Virus record (IMG/VR): IMGVR_UViG_3300005239_004183
Length of the DNA: 64,000 bases
Strand: one strand, 5' to 3'
DNA from: an uncultured virus (IMG/VR IMGVR_UViG_3300005239_004183)
Lineage: Duplodnaviria; Heunggongvirae; Uroviricota; Caudoviricetes
Shown here: positions 29,768 to 39,947 of the stretch, one piece after another
Layout of the letters: every line of letters starts with the position of its first letter
Numbering within the stretch: the stretch's first letter is position 1
Translations under genes and position numbers: made by a program
The notes under the pieces: generated by a model
What the model was told of the DNA's origin: nothing
Database searches by the model: none
The model's input: the letters and a program-made list of their open reading frames with translations, nothing else

Positions 29768-29807
29768 GATTTTAAATTAACACTTTTATTACTTAAATGT
29801 TGTGCAA

Positions 29808-30218
29808 TCATTCTATGTTATATCCTTTATCTAAAAAATAAATATATAATCTTTGCCTTAAAAAAGAATATACTCTTGAATACCACCAAACATATTTAAT
29901 TAAATGTTTTTGAATTAATAAAATATCTTCGTATCTTGATTTATATGGATTTAGAGCCTCAATAAAATCATTGAAAGGAGAATGATACCAATAAGTAGCC
30001 CCTTTAGGTGATAATTTCTCAATGAAGTGTTCATTAAATAGCATATTCAAAAATAAATCTTTATCATCATCAGATGCCTCATCTGGAACATAATAAGGGT
30101 GAGATAAAATAAATCTTGCCATCATATCCATGTGAGATTTAGTGTGATTATTCATCATCCAATCTAACCAGACAGGCATCTGCTCTTGAACATATCGCTC
30201 CCAGATAGGATTAGCCAT
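29808..30218 (-). CDS. Hypothetical aromatic-rich protein
   Basis: ORF with GAGGGG SD. Confidence 0.65.
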   Translation of the reverse strand: MANPIWERYVQEQMPVWLDWMMNNHTKSHMDMMARFILSHPYYVPDEASDDDKDLFLNMLFNEHFIEKLSPKGATYWYHSPFNDFIEALNPYKSRYEDILLIQKHLIKYVWWYSRVYSFLRQRLYIYFLDKGYNIE

Positions 30219-30227
30219 TTATACCCC

Positions 30228-31121
30228 TCACTCTTCTTCTTCAAAGTAGTCTATAATTTCAGATTCGGCCATAGCCTCTTCAAGTATTTCAAGCCCAATG
30301 TCTGTATTCAATATGTCAATTTCCTCTCTTTCATTTTCTAATGTTTGGTCTGGATTTTGAGGATTTTTATAACTATCAGCATTATCTATTATTTCTTGAT
30401 TAACTCCTGCTTCGGCCATTAATTCTTCAAGAGTTGGTAATTTAGCCTTAGTTGATTCAACATAGCCTTCTGAATTAACGGTTTTTTCCTTGGCAGGTTT
30501 AACATCTCCAAACAAGGCTTCTTGTCTGGCTCTCATTTCATTTTCAGCCTTTTTTTTAGGATTTTCAAGACCCATCATTTCATACCAATCAATCGGTCCA
30601 TCATTTAATCCTGTTCCTTTTATCTGCTTAGGTTGTTCTGGCTCACTTGAGCCAATTTCAAGCATTTCGGAATCTTCGGAAGAAAACAAATCTGAAAAAT
30701 CACCAGAAGATTGCGCCTTAGATATTTCATTTAAAAACATTTGGTCCTCATCACTTAGGGCATTTCTTTGACCCGACACATAATCTGAAAGACCCTTTAT
30801 CACAGGTGCTATATCAGATAGCAACCCAATTACATTAAATGCTGATTGTGTAGTTTGACTTGTTCCAAGTTTATCACTAAATCCATACTTATCTAAAAGA
30901 TTAGCAAGAGGCACTAACACTTGACTTTTCATTTCTGGATTTAATTTATCTGCAAAATCTCCAATAGCAGTTTCAGATTCTAACATATCTAAAAATTTAA
31001 CACTATTTAAGTTTGCTGAAAAATCTTCATCATGGTCATGGCTCAAATCTTCAATATTATTTGACTCTCTTAAAGTATCAGTTGGAATAGACTCCATAAC
31101 ATCACCAAATTCATCGGACAT
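30228..31121 (-). CDS. Acidic hypothetical protein
   Basis: 297-aa ORF; TTTAAGTA box near 31146-31153. Confidence 0.7.
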   Translation of the reverse strand: MSDEFGDVMESIPTDTLRESNNIEDLSHDHDEDFSANLNSVKFLDMLESETAIGDFADKLNPEMKSQVLVPLANLLDKYGFSDKLGTSQTTQSAFNVIGLLSDIAPVIKGLSDYVSGQRNALSDEDQMFLNEISKAQSSGDFSDLFSSEDSEMLEIGSSEPEQPKQIKGTGLNDGPIDWYEMMGLENPKKKAENEMRARQEALFGDVKPAKEKTVNSEGYVESTKAKLPTLEELMAEAGVNQEIIDNADSYKNPQNPDQTLENEREEIDILNTDIGLEILEEAMAESEIIDYFEEEE

Positions 31122-31160
31122 AGTTAATATTTATGGGAGCAAACTACTTAAATGTTCCCG

Positions 31161-31593
31161 TTAGAGTATTTTATTCATTTCACTTTGCAATAAATTTGAC
31201 CAAGCATCTGCCATAGTTTGTTTATCGCTTTTACTTTCCCTTGCATTTAAGTTTTCACTAATATTTTCAAGAGTTATTGCAAAATTTAACAAATTTATAT
31301 CAGTATCATGACCTACATTACTAATAAAATGAGAAAAGTTTTTAGTTAATCTTTTTAATTCCCGTTCTCTTGCATTTTGTTTCATGTTCATTAAATGAAA
31401 TAAAAAAGACTTGTTCTTATGTCTAATTGCTTCCTTTAATTTACCGTCATTTAACTTTCCTATAAATTGTTCAAAAGAAGGATAATACTCATCAATTATC
31501 TCTTCATTCAAATTTAAGTTATCAGACATAAAGTTATGATATTGTTTTTGAATCGTTTTTTGCTCTTCTTTCTGCAACATCATCCTAATATTA
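31161..31593 (-). CDS. Hypothetical protein, 3' part (5' end in N gap)
   Basis: Open frame from the gap to stop at 31161. Confidence 0.55.
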
Positions 31594-32395
31594 NNNNNNN
31601 NNNNNNNNNNNNNNNNNNNNNNNNNNNNNNNNNNNNNNNNNNNNNNNNNNNNNNNNNNNNNNNNNNNNNNNNNNNNNNNNNNNNNNNNNNNNNNNNNNNN
31701 NNNNNNNNNNNNNNNNNNNNNNNNNNNNNNNNNNNNNNNNNNNNNNNNNNNNNNNNNNNNNNNNNNNNNNNNNNNNNNNNNNNNNNNNNNNNNNNNNNNN
31801 NNNNNNNNNNNNNNNNNNNNNNNNNNNNNNNNNNNNNNNNNNNNNNNNNNNNNNNNNNNNNNNNNNNNNNNNNNNNNNNNNNNNNNNNNNNNNNNNNNNN
31901 NNNNNNNNNNNNNNNNNNNNNNNNNNNNNNNNNNNNNNNNNNNNNNNNNNNNNNNNNNNNNNNNNNNNNNNNNNNNNNNNNNNNNNNNNNNNNNNNNNNN
32001 NNNNNNNNNNNNNNNNNNNNNNNNNNNNNNNNNNNNNNNNNNNNNNNNNNNNNNNNNNNNNNNNNNNNNNNNNNNNNNNNNNNNNNNNNNNNNNNNNNNN
32101 NNNNNNNNNNNNNNNNNNNNNNNNNNNNNNNNNNNNNNNNNNNNNNNNNNNNNNNNNNNNNNNNNNNNNNNNNNNNNNNNNNNNNNNNNNNNNNNNNNNN
32201 NNNNNNNNNNNNNNNNNNNNNNNNNNNNNNNNNNNNNNNNNNNNNNNNNNNNNNNNNNNNNNNNNNNNNNNNNNNNNNNNNNNNNNNNNNNNNNNNNNNN
32301 NNNNNNNNNNNNNNNNNNNNNNNNNNNNNNNNNNNNNNNNNNNNNNNNNNNCAATGGGAGATCTGTGGACACTAACAACTTCATCAGCATTAAAA

Positions 32396-32602
32396 CTAAT
32401 TTTCTTCTAAAACATTATGTTCGCTCATTTTCTTAAAACCTTTGATACCCTTACCCCTTACACATAAATTATATTTACCATTGCCCATTGAGGTGCAAAT
32501 ATCTTCAAATTCGGATTGTGAAAGTGGGGTTTTAGAAACAAAAACATCAGAAGTCCCAGAACCTCTTACTCCCTTTTGGTATCTTCTAATGAAAAACTCC
32601 AT
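32396..32602 (-). CDS. Small hypothetical protein
   Basis: ATG at 32602 (MEFFIRRY) fits TTTAAATA box near 32625. Confidence 0.55.
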   Translation of the reverse strand: MEFFIRRYQKGVRGSGTSDVFVSKTPLSQSEFEDICTSMGNGKYNLCVRGKGIKGFKKMSEHNVLEEN

Positions 32603-32642
32603 ACTTTTTTTTAGAGCGTCTTGATATTTAAAACATTGGGTT

Positions 32643-33077
32643 TCAAGACCAAATCTTTGCAACGCTTTCATAACAATCATCAATCCCTTGAGATTCAATA
32701 CCTTCAAGAACCTCAATGGTGTCTTTTATCTGTTGCCATTTTAAATCCCTCATCCTATCATACATCTTTCTATCTTCGGCCTTAGATGTATAACCCTTAG
32801 CAACCAAATACCTTTGCAAAGCAAGCATATCTAACCGCCACCTAATTCCACCCTTTCGTTCAGAAGATTGTGCGTGTCTAAACATAGGTCGGTTTCTTAA
32901 AATACCTACTACTTCCCGACTCGTATATCTTCTCGGTTTCGTTTGGACAATATGATATGATATTTCATTAGAATATCCATATCCCTTATTATCTAAAAGA
33001 TACTCAACAATATCTAACACTAAAGCCTCCGTTAGAGGCAAAGAAATCCTTTCACTCTTCTTCTTCTTCTCGGTCAT
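32643..33077 (-). CDS. Putative winged-helix DNA-binding protein
   Basis: IVEYL..YSNEI..TSREVVGILRN..F..WRL pattern. Confidence 0.5.
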   Translation of the reverse strand: MTEKKKKSERISLPLTEALVLDIVEYLLDNKGYGYSNEISYHIVQTKPRRYTSREVVGILRNRPMFRHAQSSERKGGIRWRLDMLALQRYLVAKGYTSKAEDRKMYDRMRDLKWQQIKDTIEVLEGIESQGIDDCYESVAKIWS

Positions 33078-33424
33078 CTGCGGCTACCTCCAATGTAGGG
33101 GTAGCGTCAGCCTCCGCTTCTGCCGCTAATTGTTCTCGCTCTTCTCTTTCCTTTCTATCTGCTTCCCAATCTTGCCAATTATCATAGCCTTCGGGCAACT
33201 CAAACATAGATTGTTCTGGACTAATATCTAAGATTTCAGCAACTTTTTGTGAAATGGTGGATTCATATTCTTCTTTGGCCAAATCTCTTGCTTCCTTTTT
33301 ATCAAGGCCATTAGCCATATGCTCACTCATAAGATTCTTAATAATGTTCACCTTATCCCTTTCCATTTGAGTCAATTGGAGAATAGCATCAATATCATCA
33401 GATATTTCAGCCTCAAAATATTCG
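33052..33424 (-). CDS. Acidic helical protein, 3' part (5' end in N gap)
   Basis: Open frame from the gap to 33052. Confidence 0.5.
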
Positions 33425-33456
33425 NNNNNNNNNNNNNNNNNNNNGTGTAAAACTAC

Positions 33457-33831
33457 CTATTTAAACCTTCTCCATTCTGAAACACTTTTTCCATTCTTAG
33501 TATTAAATATTCTTGAGGTTCTAAATCCTTGTTTTGCCCTAACACTATCTGAAATAAGCCTACCCCTACACTCTAAATCAAACATTTTCCTATATTTAAT
33601 CTGTTCATTTGAAGTCATAGGTGTTGGTTGGAGGATAGTGATACCACTTACTTCATCTAATATCACATCACCAATCATAACATGAAGCCCCTCTCCAGAA
33701 GATGAAATCCGATACCAAACTGAACCATCTCCAAAAATACTATTTAATTCATTTAAAGAATTAATTACTCGTTCATCATCAAAATTAATATCATCCCAAT
33801 CAAATGTGAGTCCAGAATATTCATCAGCCAT
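33457..33831 (-). CDS. Small protein with primase-polymerase (AEP)-like motifs
   Basis: FDWDD (DxD) and ISSSGEGLHV (SxSGxGxH). Confidence 0.5.
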   Translation of the reverse strand: MADEYSGLTFDWDDINFDDERVINSLNELNSIFGDGSVWYRISSSGEGLHVMIGDVILDEVSGITILQPTPMTSNEQIKYRKMFDLECRGRLISDSVRAKQGFRTSRIFNTKNGKSVSEWRRFK

Positions 33832-33842
33832 AATTTACAACT

Positions 33843-34412
33843 CTATTGTTTCAAAATATTTACCAATTCAGCCATTGGCTTTAGAGTGTCGGGATATATG
33901 AAATATGATTTCTTACCATATTTAACTTCCTTATTACCTCTTTCAATGTTTCCAGAATCAATTTCTTGTTGTATCTCTTCCATTTCTTCTTTAGGCATCC
34001 AACCAACAACCTCAACCTGTCGGGGATGGGCAGAATCAGAACCTATAAAATCAAAAGGCTTTACCAACACATAATAATCCCATTGTAGTTTTTGAAAATA
34101 TAACCTATTAAATCTTGTAGTTTTAACATCTAATGTTTTTTTACCATCAAAAAATGTAAAATCTGGGTCATTAGGAATGTTAGTTACAAAATCAACCCAT
34201 TCACCATCAATACTTTCAACTTTAAGCCAAATCTTAAACATGATTTCACCTAAAGCACCGTGAAAATCAGTAGGTCTATTAGGAAACTTATTGCTAATTT
34301 TAATCTTGTTAAAATCCTCTTGCATTTTCTTAGCCTTTTTAACCAAATTATCAGTTACAGGCAATTCAGTTAAGACAGAAGCATAATTTACTTGCATAAA
34401 TACAAGTTTCAT
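33843..34412 (-). CDS. PD-(D/E)xK nuclease-fold protein
   Basis: GALGE helix, PDF, LDVKT motifs. Confidence 0.65.
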   Translation of the reverse strand: MKLVFMQVNYASVLTELPVTDNLVKKAKKMQEDFNKIKISNKFPNRPTDFHGALGEIMFKIWLKVESIDGEWVDFVTNIPNDPDFTFFDGKKTLDVKTTRFNRLYFQKLQWDYYVLVKPFDFIGSDSAHPRQVEVVGWMPKEEMEEIQQEIDSGNIERGNKEVKYGKKSYFIYPDTLKPMAELVNILKQ

Positions 34413-34422
34413 CCCTACCTAT

Positions 34423-34569
34423 TTAACTATTACCTTTCTTTTTTTCATAATAATCAACCACAAGCATGGTTAATTGTTTATTTCTCCACAACACCCAATG
34501 GACAAAATAAACTTGAAGCGAACCATTAAAAATCAGATATAAAACAACAAAAAATAACCACAAATCCAT
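34423..34569 (-). CDS. 48-aa membrane peptide (not in ORF track)
   Basis: MDLWLFFVVLYLIFNGSLQVYFVHWVLW..; GAGGTG SD at the end of the upstream gene. Confidence 0.55.
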   Translation of the reverse strand: MDLWLFFVVLYLIFNGSLQVYFVHWVLWRNKQLTMLVVDYYEKKKGNS

Positions 34570-34571
34570 AT

Positions 34572-35741
34572 TTACACCTCAAAAGTATAAGTAGCCCCTT
34601 TAGCGGTCTTTTTCTTTTTCATCTTTTTATATTCAATACCTAAGTCTTGAAAATAATACCTCATAGACCCAATCTTATATCCATCATTAAATAGTTTTAA
34701 ATCACTTGAAGGCGGTAAAATAAGCCTCATAGTTGTTTTTCCACTATCCTCATCAACCTCAATAGTGTTGGAATGCTGTAAATCAAATCGCATACCTCGT
34801 TCCCTCCACAACAATCGTGAAAAACTATTAAGATGTTCACCTCTTGGCTCATAAGGGAGTTTGGATACACCTACTAAATTAATACCTTCTCCCTTCGTAA
34901 AAGTGTTGTATAATGAAATATAACCTTTTTGACCATCATGTTGCATTTTTAATAATGCAACTGCTTTATTTTTATTAGCAAGCGACCATGTATCTTCATC
35001 AAAAGAAGGAATTATATTATTAACTATGATATTGTGGACTTTAAATCCTTGGGTTTTCAAAAACTTGCAGGTTTTTATACATTCTTGATAACCTGCTTCG
35101 GTAGGAATACTTACAATATTAATATTTACAAAATCCTCATTCCTTAGAATAGATTTTAACCTATTAATTTTATCAATTGTTTCTTCTAAAAGTATAACTA
35201 ATTTCTTAGTATCTCCCTTTTTAATAAACATTGTTTTTAGCCCTTCAACTCTTGCTTTCATTCTTAAAATTCTTAATAAAAATGTATTCAAAGAATCGGG
35301 GGCGGTTAGTGCTTTTAATGTATGTCCTGTGGGAGCAGTATCAAAAACAATTAAATCATAATCAACACTTTGGACTAAATAAAGTAATTCTTCTAATGCA
35401 AAAACTTCATCCATACCGGGAAATGAAGCCCACTCGGTTAATAATTCGGGGTCAAAGCCCGGAAACCACTTACCTATGGATTTATCAATCCCTTCTTGCA
35501 TCTGCCCTACAAATTCCTTTGCTCTAATTTCAGAATAAATATTTTTAGCATAAAAATTTTCAGAAATCATAACAGGTTCAGAACCTACTGCAACACCTAC
35601 AACATCTTCGGTTGAGTGTGCAGGGTCGGAAGATACCAATAAAGTCTTATATCCTTTTTCAGCCCAACTATGAGCAGTAGCGGCAGATGTAGTGGATTTG
35701 CCAACGCCTCCCTTCCCGGTAAATAATATTAACTTAGCCAT
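34572..35741 (-). CDS. ArsA/Get3(TRC40)-family ATPase, single domain with C-terminal extension
   Basis: GKGGVGKST, SSDPAHS, PGMDE, DTAPTGHT, IPTE, IVNN motifs. Confidence 0.92.
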   Translation of the reverse strand: MAKLILFTGKGGVGKSTTSAATAHSWAEKGYKTLLVSSDPAHSTEDVVGVAVGSEPVMISENFYAKNIYSEIRAKEFVGQMQEGIDKSIGKWFPGFDPELLTEWASFPGMDEVFALEELLYLVQSVDYDLIVFDTAPTGHTLKALTAPDSLNTFLLRILRMKARVEGLKTMFIKKGDTKKLVILLEETIDKINRLKSILRNEDFVNINIVSIPTEAGYQECIKTCKFLKTQGFKVHNIIVNNIIPSFDEDTWSLANKNKAVALLKMQHDGQKGYISLYNTFTKGEGINLVGVSKLPYEPRGEHLNSFSRLLWRERGMRFDLQHSNTIEVDEDSGKTTMRLILPPSSDLKLFNDGYKIGSMRYYFQDLGIEYKKMKKKKTAKGATYTFEV

Positions 35742-35750
35742 ACCTTTTTA

Positions 35751-35999
35751 TTACTTATCTTTGTATTTAACAGTTGTTATAGGTGAAAGATGCCGTTCAT
35801 CATTTTTTTTCATTTCATCTAATTTCTTGGTTTCTTGTTTTCTTCTTTTCCTCCATTCAAAGTAAAAATAACTAAACATGAATAAAATAACAAGAAATAA
35901 TAATTCTAAGGCTAATTGAAAAACAGTATCTATTCCAAAATCATAGGGAACGCACCATGCAGGTATGACTCCATCAATTCCATCTTGACATACTTCCAA
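35751..35999 (-). CDS. Small single-TM protein
   Basis: LALELLFLVILFMFSYFYF followed by basic residues. Confidence 0.6.
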   Translation of the reverse strand: MEVCQDGIDGVIPAWCVPYDFGIDTVFQLALELLFLVILFMFSYFYFEWRKRRKQETKKLDEMKKNDERHLSPITTVKYKDK

Positions 36000-36398
36000 T
36001 TAAAAACCACCTAAATCAAAAAAGAATCGGTTATATTCATTTTCACCCTCTTCCTCTTCCTCATTACCCCCTAAAACTCGTATAATTATTTCATCATCAA
36101 ATACCAACATACCCTTTCCATAATAGGGAGTATTAAGGTGAGGACTTAACTTAATAACTATTTCATCCATTAATACATCTTGCTGACCCATTAACATCAT
36201 ATCCATTTGCATATAATTTTCTAATTTACAAACGGTCAAGGTTTCTTTTTTGTGTATAATCGTAATATTAAAATATTTGGCTAATTCTGATTTTGAAGTA
36301 TCTATTTGTATAGTTTTTATTATTGAACCCTGTGGCAATTTAATTTTTATTTCATCATTAGAAATATAATTATTAATAGATACTTGTTTAATTAACAA
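36000..36398 (-). CDS. Hypothetical protein
   Basis: ORF at the head of the operon containing the ArsA-like gene. Confidence 0.55.
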   Translation of the reverse strand: MLIKQVSINNYISNDEIKIKLPQGSIIKTIQIDTSKSELAKYFNITIIHKKETLTVCKLENYMQMDMMLMGQQDVLMDEIVIKLSPHLNTPYYGKGMLVFDDEIIIRVLGGNEEEEEGENEYNRFFFDLGGF

Positions 36399-36482
36399 TT
36401 TAATACCTAATAATTAATTTGATTATCTGATACATAAAGATAATGCAAAGCCTTTAAGTATTAGTATAACATTATTAAAAAT

Positions 36483-36764
36483 ATGTATTCAGTAGGGGAT
36501 ACAAAATATGGCTTGTGTTTCTTTCAGAATGAAGAATTAATTTCGTATTGTGAGTTTGATTCTGTTAGACCTGCAAAAGACCTTGTAAGGAAAAATAATT
36601 TAGAATATTTAATATTCGGTTGTAAAGAGATTAGCGAAACCAAAAAATTAGTATGGTTAGTGGATAATAATATATCTGAAAGTAATGAAGATGCTAACTT
36701 GTTATTCAATATATATTCGGATTTGTTTTCCTTCAATGATGCTTGGAAGAAACAAAATGTTTAA
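36483..36764 (+). CDS. Hypothetical protein (divergently transcribed)
   Basis: TTTAAGTA box at about 36452-36459 before ATG. Confidence 0.6.
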   Translation: MYSVGDTKYGLCFFQNEELISYCEFDSVRPAKDLVRKNNLEYLIFGCKEISETKKLVWLVDNNISESNEDANLLFNIYSDLFSFNDAWKKQNV

Positions 36765-36802
36765 TTGCAAAGAATTAAATATCAAAATGAGAAGGATATA
36801 GT

Positions 36803-37087
36803 ATGGTTGCTAAAGAATATCAAAAAACTACCTTAGCATTAGCATCTTCTATGGTTATGGCTTCATTTTATTTTGTAGTAGGTGAATCAACTGTTCCAAA
36901 GGATTCTAATTGCAACTATCTAAGTCCTTGGACTACTGACCTTATGGCTTGGATATTCGGGTTAGGAGTTTGCTATTATGGCTTTAAACACCAAGAACCT
37001 ATATTAGTATTTTTAGGAGGTTCAGTAGCGACCCTCCATGTGGCTCAATTTTCAGCACATAAAGTATTGAAAAGAAAAAACTCTTAA
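36803..37087 (+). CDS. Small multi-TM membrane protein
   Basis: Three hydrophobic segments; TTAAATA box upstream. Confidence 0.65.
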   Translation: MVAKEYQKTTLALASSMVMASFYFVVGESTVPKDSNCNYLSPWTTDLMAWIFGLGVCYYGFKHQEPILVFLGGSVATLHVAQFSAHKVLKRKNS

Positions 37088-37135
37088 CTCCCTCAAAAGG
37101 TAAGAGGATTGAAAACTAAAAGCAATATTAATTAC

Positions 37136-38824
37136 TCATTCTAATGAATCTAAGATTCCATCACCGTCATCATCCAAATCAAGGTAATCTTCTAAACCGT
37201 CATTATCGTGGTCAAATTGACCCGTCATATCATTACCATCATTGTTCTCAAACCAATCAGACAAACCATCATTATCGTCATCTAAATCAGAAGCATCCCA
37301 GATGTTGTCATTATCATGGTCATATCTATATGATGCCCAAGCACCACCGATTTCATCAACATCAAGAATGTTATCATTATCATCATCGGAATCTATACCA
37401 TCATTAAGGCCGTCATTATCATGGTCCCTCATAGCAGATGTTCCATTATCATAAACATCTTTGTAATTATCAATACCATCATTGTCAATATCTAAATCAA
37501 ACCTATCTTGGATGCCGTCATTGTCATGGTCGTAAATGTTGGTGTCGTCATTTCCATCATTAACTTCTTCTTCGTCGTTAATTCCATCTCCGTCATCATC
37601 ATCATCTTCAACATCAGCGATACCGTCATTGTCGTGGTCAAATGGTGAATCATCCATGTCATTAGGAATACCATCATTATCATTATCGTTGTCTAAATCA
37701 TTAGGGATTCCATCACCATCATTGTCGTTTTCACTTTGACCGTCTAATTGCTGACCCTGTTGTTGTGTATTTTGCTGACCCTGCTGACCTTGCTGACCAT
37801 TTTGAGTTTGACCTTGTTGTTGTTCATTTTGACCATTGTTGTTTTGACCATTCTGTTCCTGTTGTTGTTGCTCGGACTGTTGGCCTCCTTGTTGGCCTCC
37901 TTGTTGTTGCTGACCTTGGCCATTATCTTGTTGCTGACCTTGTTGGCCTTGTTGTCCTTGTTGTCCTTGATTACCTTGTTGGCCACCTTGCTGACCTTGC
38001 TGACCTGCTTGGCCTTGTTGTCCTTGCTGACCTTGCTGACCTTGCTGACCTTGCTGACCTTGGCCTTGGCCTTGTCCTTGTCCTTGTCCTTGTCCTTGGC
38101 CTTGTCCTTGTCCTTGTCCTTGCCTTGGCCTTGTCCTTGTCCTTGGCCTTGTCCTTGTCCTTGTCCTTGGCCTTGTCCTTGGCCTTGGTCCTTGTCCTTG
38201 TCCTTGTCCTTGGCCTTGGCCTTGTCCTTGTCCTTGGCCTTGGCCTTGTCCTTGGCCTTGTCCTTGACCTTGCCCTTGTCCTTGACCTTGCCCTTGGCCT
38301 TCGCCACCTGCATCTGATTCACCACCACCTTCTGTTCCTCCATTTCCAGAACCAGCATCAGATTCTTGGAAATCTGGGTCGTAAGCATCGGGGATACCAT
38401 CTCCATCGGAATCGGAGTATTCTCCATCGTTAGGGTCTGTTGGGAATTGGTCTGTATTATCGGGTTTGCCGTCACCATCAGTGTCGGCATTGTTAGGATT
38501 TGTTCCCTTAGCATACTCTTGAGCGTTGGTTAGACCATCACCATCGGGGTCTGCATTTCCATCACCACCATTGGTAGGATTGAGGCCGTTAGCGACTTCC
38601 CATCCATCGGGAAGGCCATCGCCATCGGAATCGGCATTATTCATGTTTGTGCCGTGATTTTGTTCTTCGGAATTTGTTAGTCCATCGCCATCCCAATCAG
38701 CCCCACCATCGGAGGGGTCAAGCGGGTCGCTACCATCAGCGAGAGCAATACCCGCAGACATAGCGAGCATAAGGGCGGTTATAATTGTTAGAATAGATTT
38801 TTTAATTGATTTGTTTTGATTCAT
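37136..38824 (-). CDS. Secreted protein with thrombospondin type 3-like Ca-binding repeats and a Gly-Gln linker
   Basis: Signal-peptide-like N-terminus; DxDGDG and DHDNDG repeats; (GQ)n and (GQQ)n tract. Confidence 0.85.
   Translation of the reverse strand: MNQNKSIKKSILTIITALMLAMSAGIALADGSDPLDPSDGGADWDGDGLTNSEEQNHGTNMNNADSDGDGLPDGWEVANGLNPTNGGDGNADPDGDGLTNAQEYAKGTNPNNADTDGDGKPDNTDQFPTDPNDGEYSDSDGDGIPDAYDPDFQESDAGSGNGGTEGGGESDAGGEGQGQGQGQGQGQGQGQGQGQGQGQGQGQGQGQGQGQGPRPRTRPRTRTRTRPRTRTRPRQGQGQGQGQGQGQGQGQGQGQGQQGQQGQQGQQGQQGQAGQQGQQGGQQGNQGQQGQQGQQGQQQDNGQGQQQQGGQQGGQQSEQQQQEQNGQNNNGQNEQQQGQTQNGQQGQQGQQNTQQQGQQLDGQSENDNDGDGIPNDLDNDNDNDGIPNDMDDSPFDHDNDGIADVEDDDDDGDGINDEEEVNDGNDDTNIYDHDNDGIQDRFDLDIDNDGIDNYKDVYDNGTSAMRDHDNDGLNDGIDSDDDNDNILDVDEIGGAWASYRYDHDNDNIWDASDLDDDNDGLSDWFENNDGNDMTGQFDHDNDGLEDYLDLDDDGDGILDSLE
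37750..38300. repeat. 6-bp and 9-bp coding microsatellites (GQ, GQQ)
   Basis: ccttgt/ccttgg and ccttgctga tandem units. Confidence 0.9.
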
Positions 38825-39053
38825 GTTTGTTCACAGTTTTAATTTTTAAGGACACCGATTGTCCTTCTCCACTCACTTTCATTATCTCTTATGCTATCTA
38901 AACATTCGTATCAAATGCTAACAAGAATATCACGCATCTAACTTGGTCTTAGACCACTCTTAGGTGCGGGGGCTTACGGGCAATACCATTCGCCATCAAA
39001 GCGGGGTAGGTGGCCGCTATCATTTAATTCAATNNNNNNNNNNNNNNNNNNNN

Positions 39054-39217
39054 GTCTGTTCTTCGGAGTTGGTCAAACCATCACCATCCCAATCAGCCCC
39101 ACCATCGGAGGGGTCAAGTGGGTCACTACCATCGGCAGTTACCACGCTTGCACTCATGGCAAGCATAATGGCGGTTAAAATTGTAAGCATCGTGTTTTTG
39201 AATCTATTTTCGTTCAT
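39054..39217 (-). CDS. 5' fragment of a paralog of the Ca-binding repeat protein
   Basis: Signal peptide plus ADGSDPLDPSDGGADWDGDGLTNSEEQ identical to 37136..38824; remainder in gap. Confidence 0.75.
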
Positions 39218-39351
39218 AATATCTTGTTCCTATATATGTTGTTCATAGGGAAACCGCTTTTCCCTCTAAATAAATAATTCTATGTTTAACTATTTAAACT
39301 TATGTTAATTCAATCAGTAGCATTTATATATTATAGGTTACAGGGAAGAAC

Positions 39352-39504
39352 ATGGAAAACAATGAAGATTACAAGTGTGAAGAATGCAATTCAGATACTA
39401 CTGAACATCAGTTTGGAAGATTTAAGGCATATTTTTGCCCTGTCTGCCATGCAGATATTGATACTGAAAAATTTATGGCAGAACATTGTGTTGAACAAGA
39501 GTAA
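39352..39504 (+). CDS. 50-aa zinc-ribbon protein (not in ORF track)
   Basis: MENNEDYKCEEC..FCPVCH; TTTATATA at 39323-39330. Confidence 0.7.
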   Translation: MENNEDYKCEECNSDTTEHQFGRFKAYFCPVCHADIDTEKFMAEHCVEQE

Positions 39505-39548
39505 TTCTTTAATAGGTAAAGCAATTAAATAGGTATTAGGTGATTAAA

Positions 39549-39947
39549 ATGGTTAGAAAATATTGGGGCGCAACAGGAATGTCCGAAGAAAAGCACAAAA
39601 TTTGGAATAAAGAATCAATTATTAAGTATTTTTATGATATTGAATATGACTTTAAAGAAGCAGATATTGATAAAGACACTATTTTTGAAATTATTCAAGA
39701 ACAATATTCAGATTTTACAATTGATGATATTAAAAAAATCATTAAAGACTTTGAAGCATGGAGAAATGATGGTTATGATGATATAATTGAGCAATTTTCG
39801 GGTCAAAAAATTGATAAAATTGTAAGTCAAATCATGGAAAATCCACTACACTATCATGGAAATCCAACAGGAAAGATTACAAATCTTCTAAATATGGATT
39901 CTTCAAAAATTGAAGAGTATGTAATGGATTATTTCGGTATGAATTAA
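39549..39947 (+). CDS. Acidic hypothetical protein
   Basis: GGTGA SD before ATG at 39549. Confidence 0.65.
   Translation: MVRKYWGATGMSEEKHKIWNKESIIKYFYDIEYDFKEADIDKDTIFEIIQEQYSDFTIDDIKKIIKDFEAWRNDGYDDIIEQFSGQKIDKIVSQIMENPLHYHGNPTGKITNLLNMDSSKIEEYVMDYFGMN

Noticed and set aside
23..36000. Short plus-strand ORFs in the track
   Set aside because: Antisense to well-supported minus-strand genes and lacking promoter or SD signals
38120..38190. PRPRTRPRT segment as a real basic domain
   Set aside because: It is the GQ microsatellite read out of frame between compensating indels, most likely assembly error or slippage
37744..38514. Alternative-frame ORFs (KDKDK, LALAL, LVLVL)
   Set aside because: Shadows of the stop-free GQ repeat
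38940..39030. GC-rich stretch as ncRNA
   Set aside because: Reads as the 3' end of a minus-strand gene (ELNDSGHLPRFDGEWYCP stop) emerging from the gap
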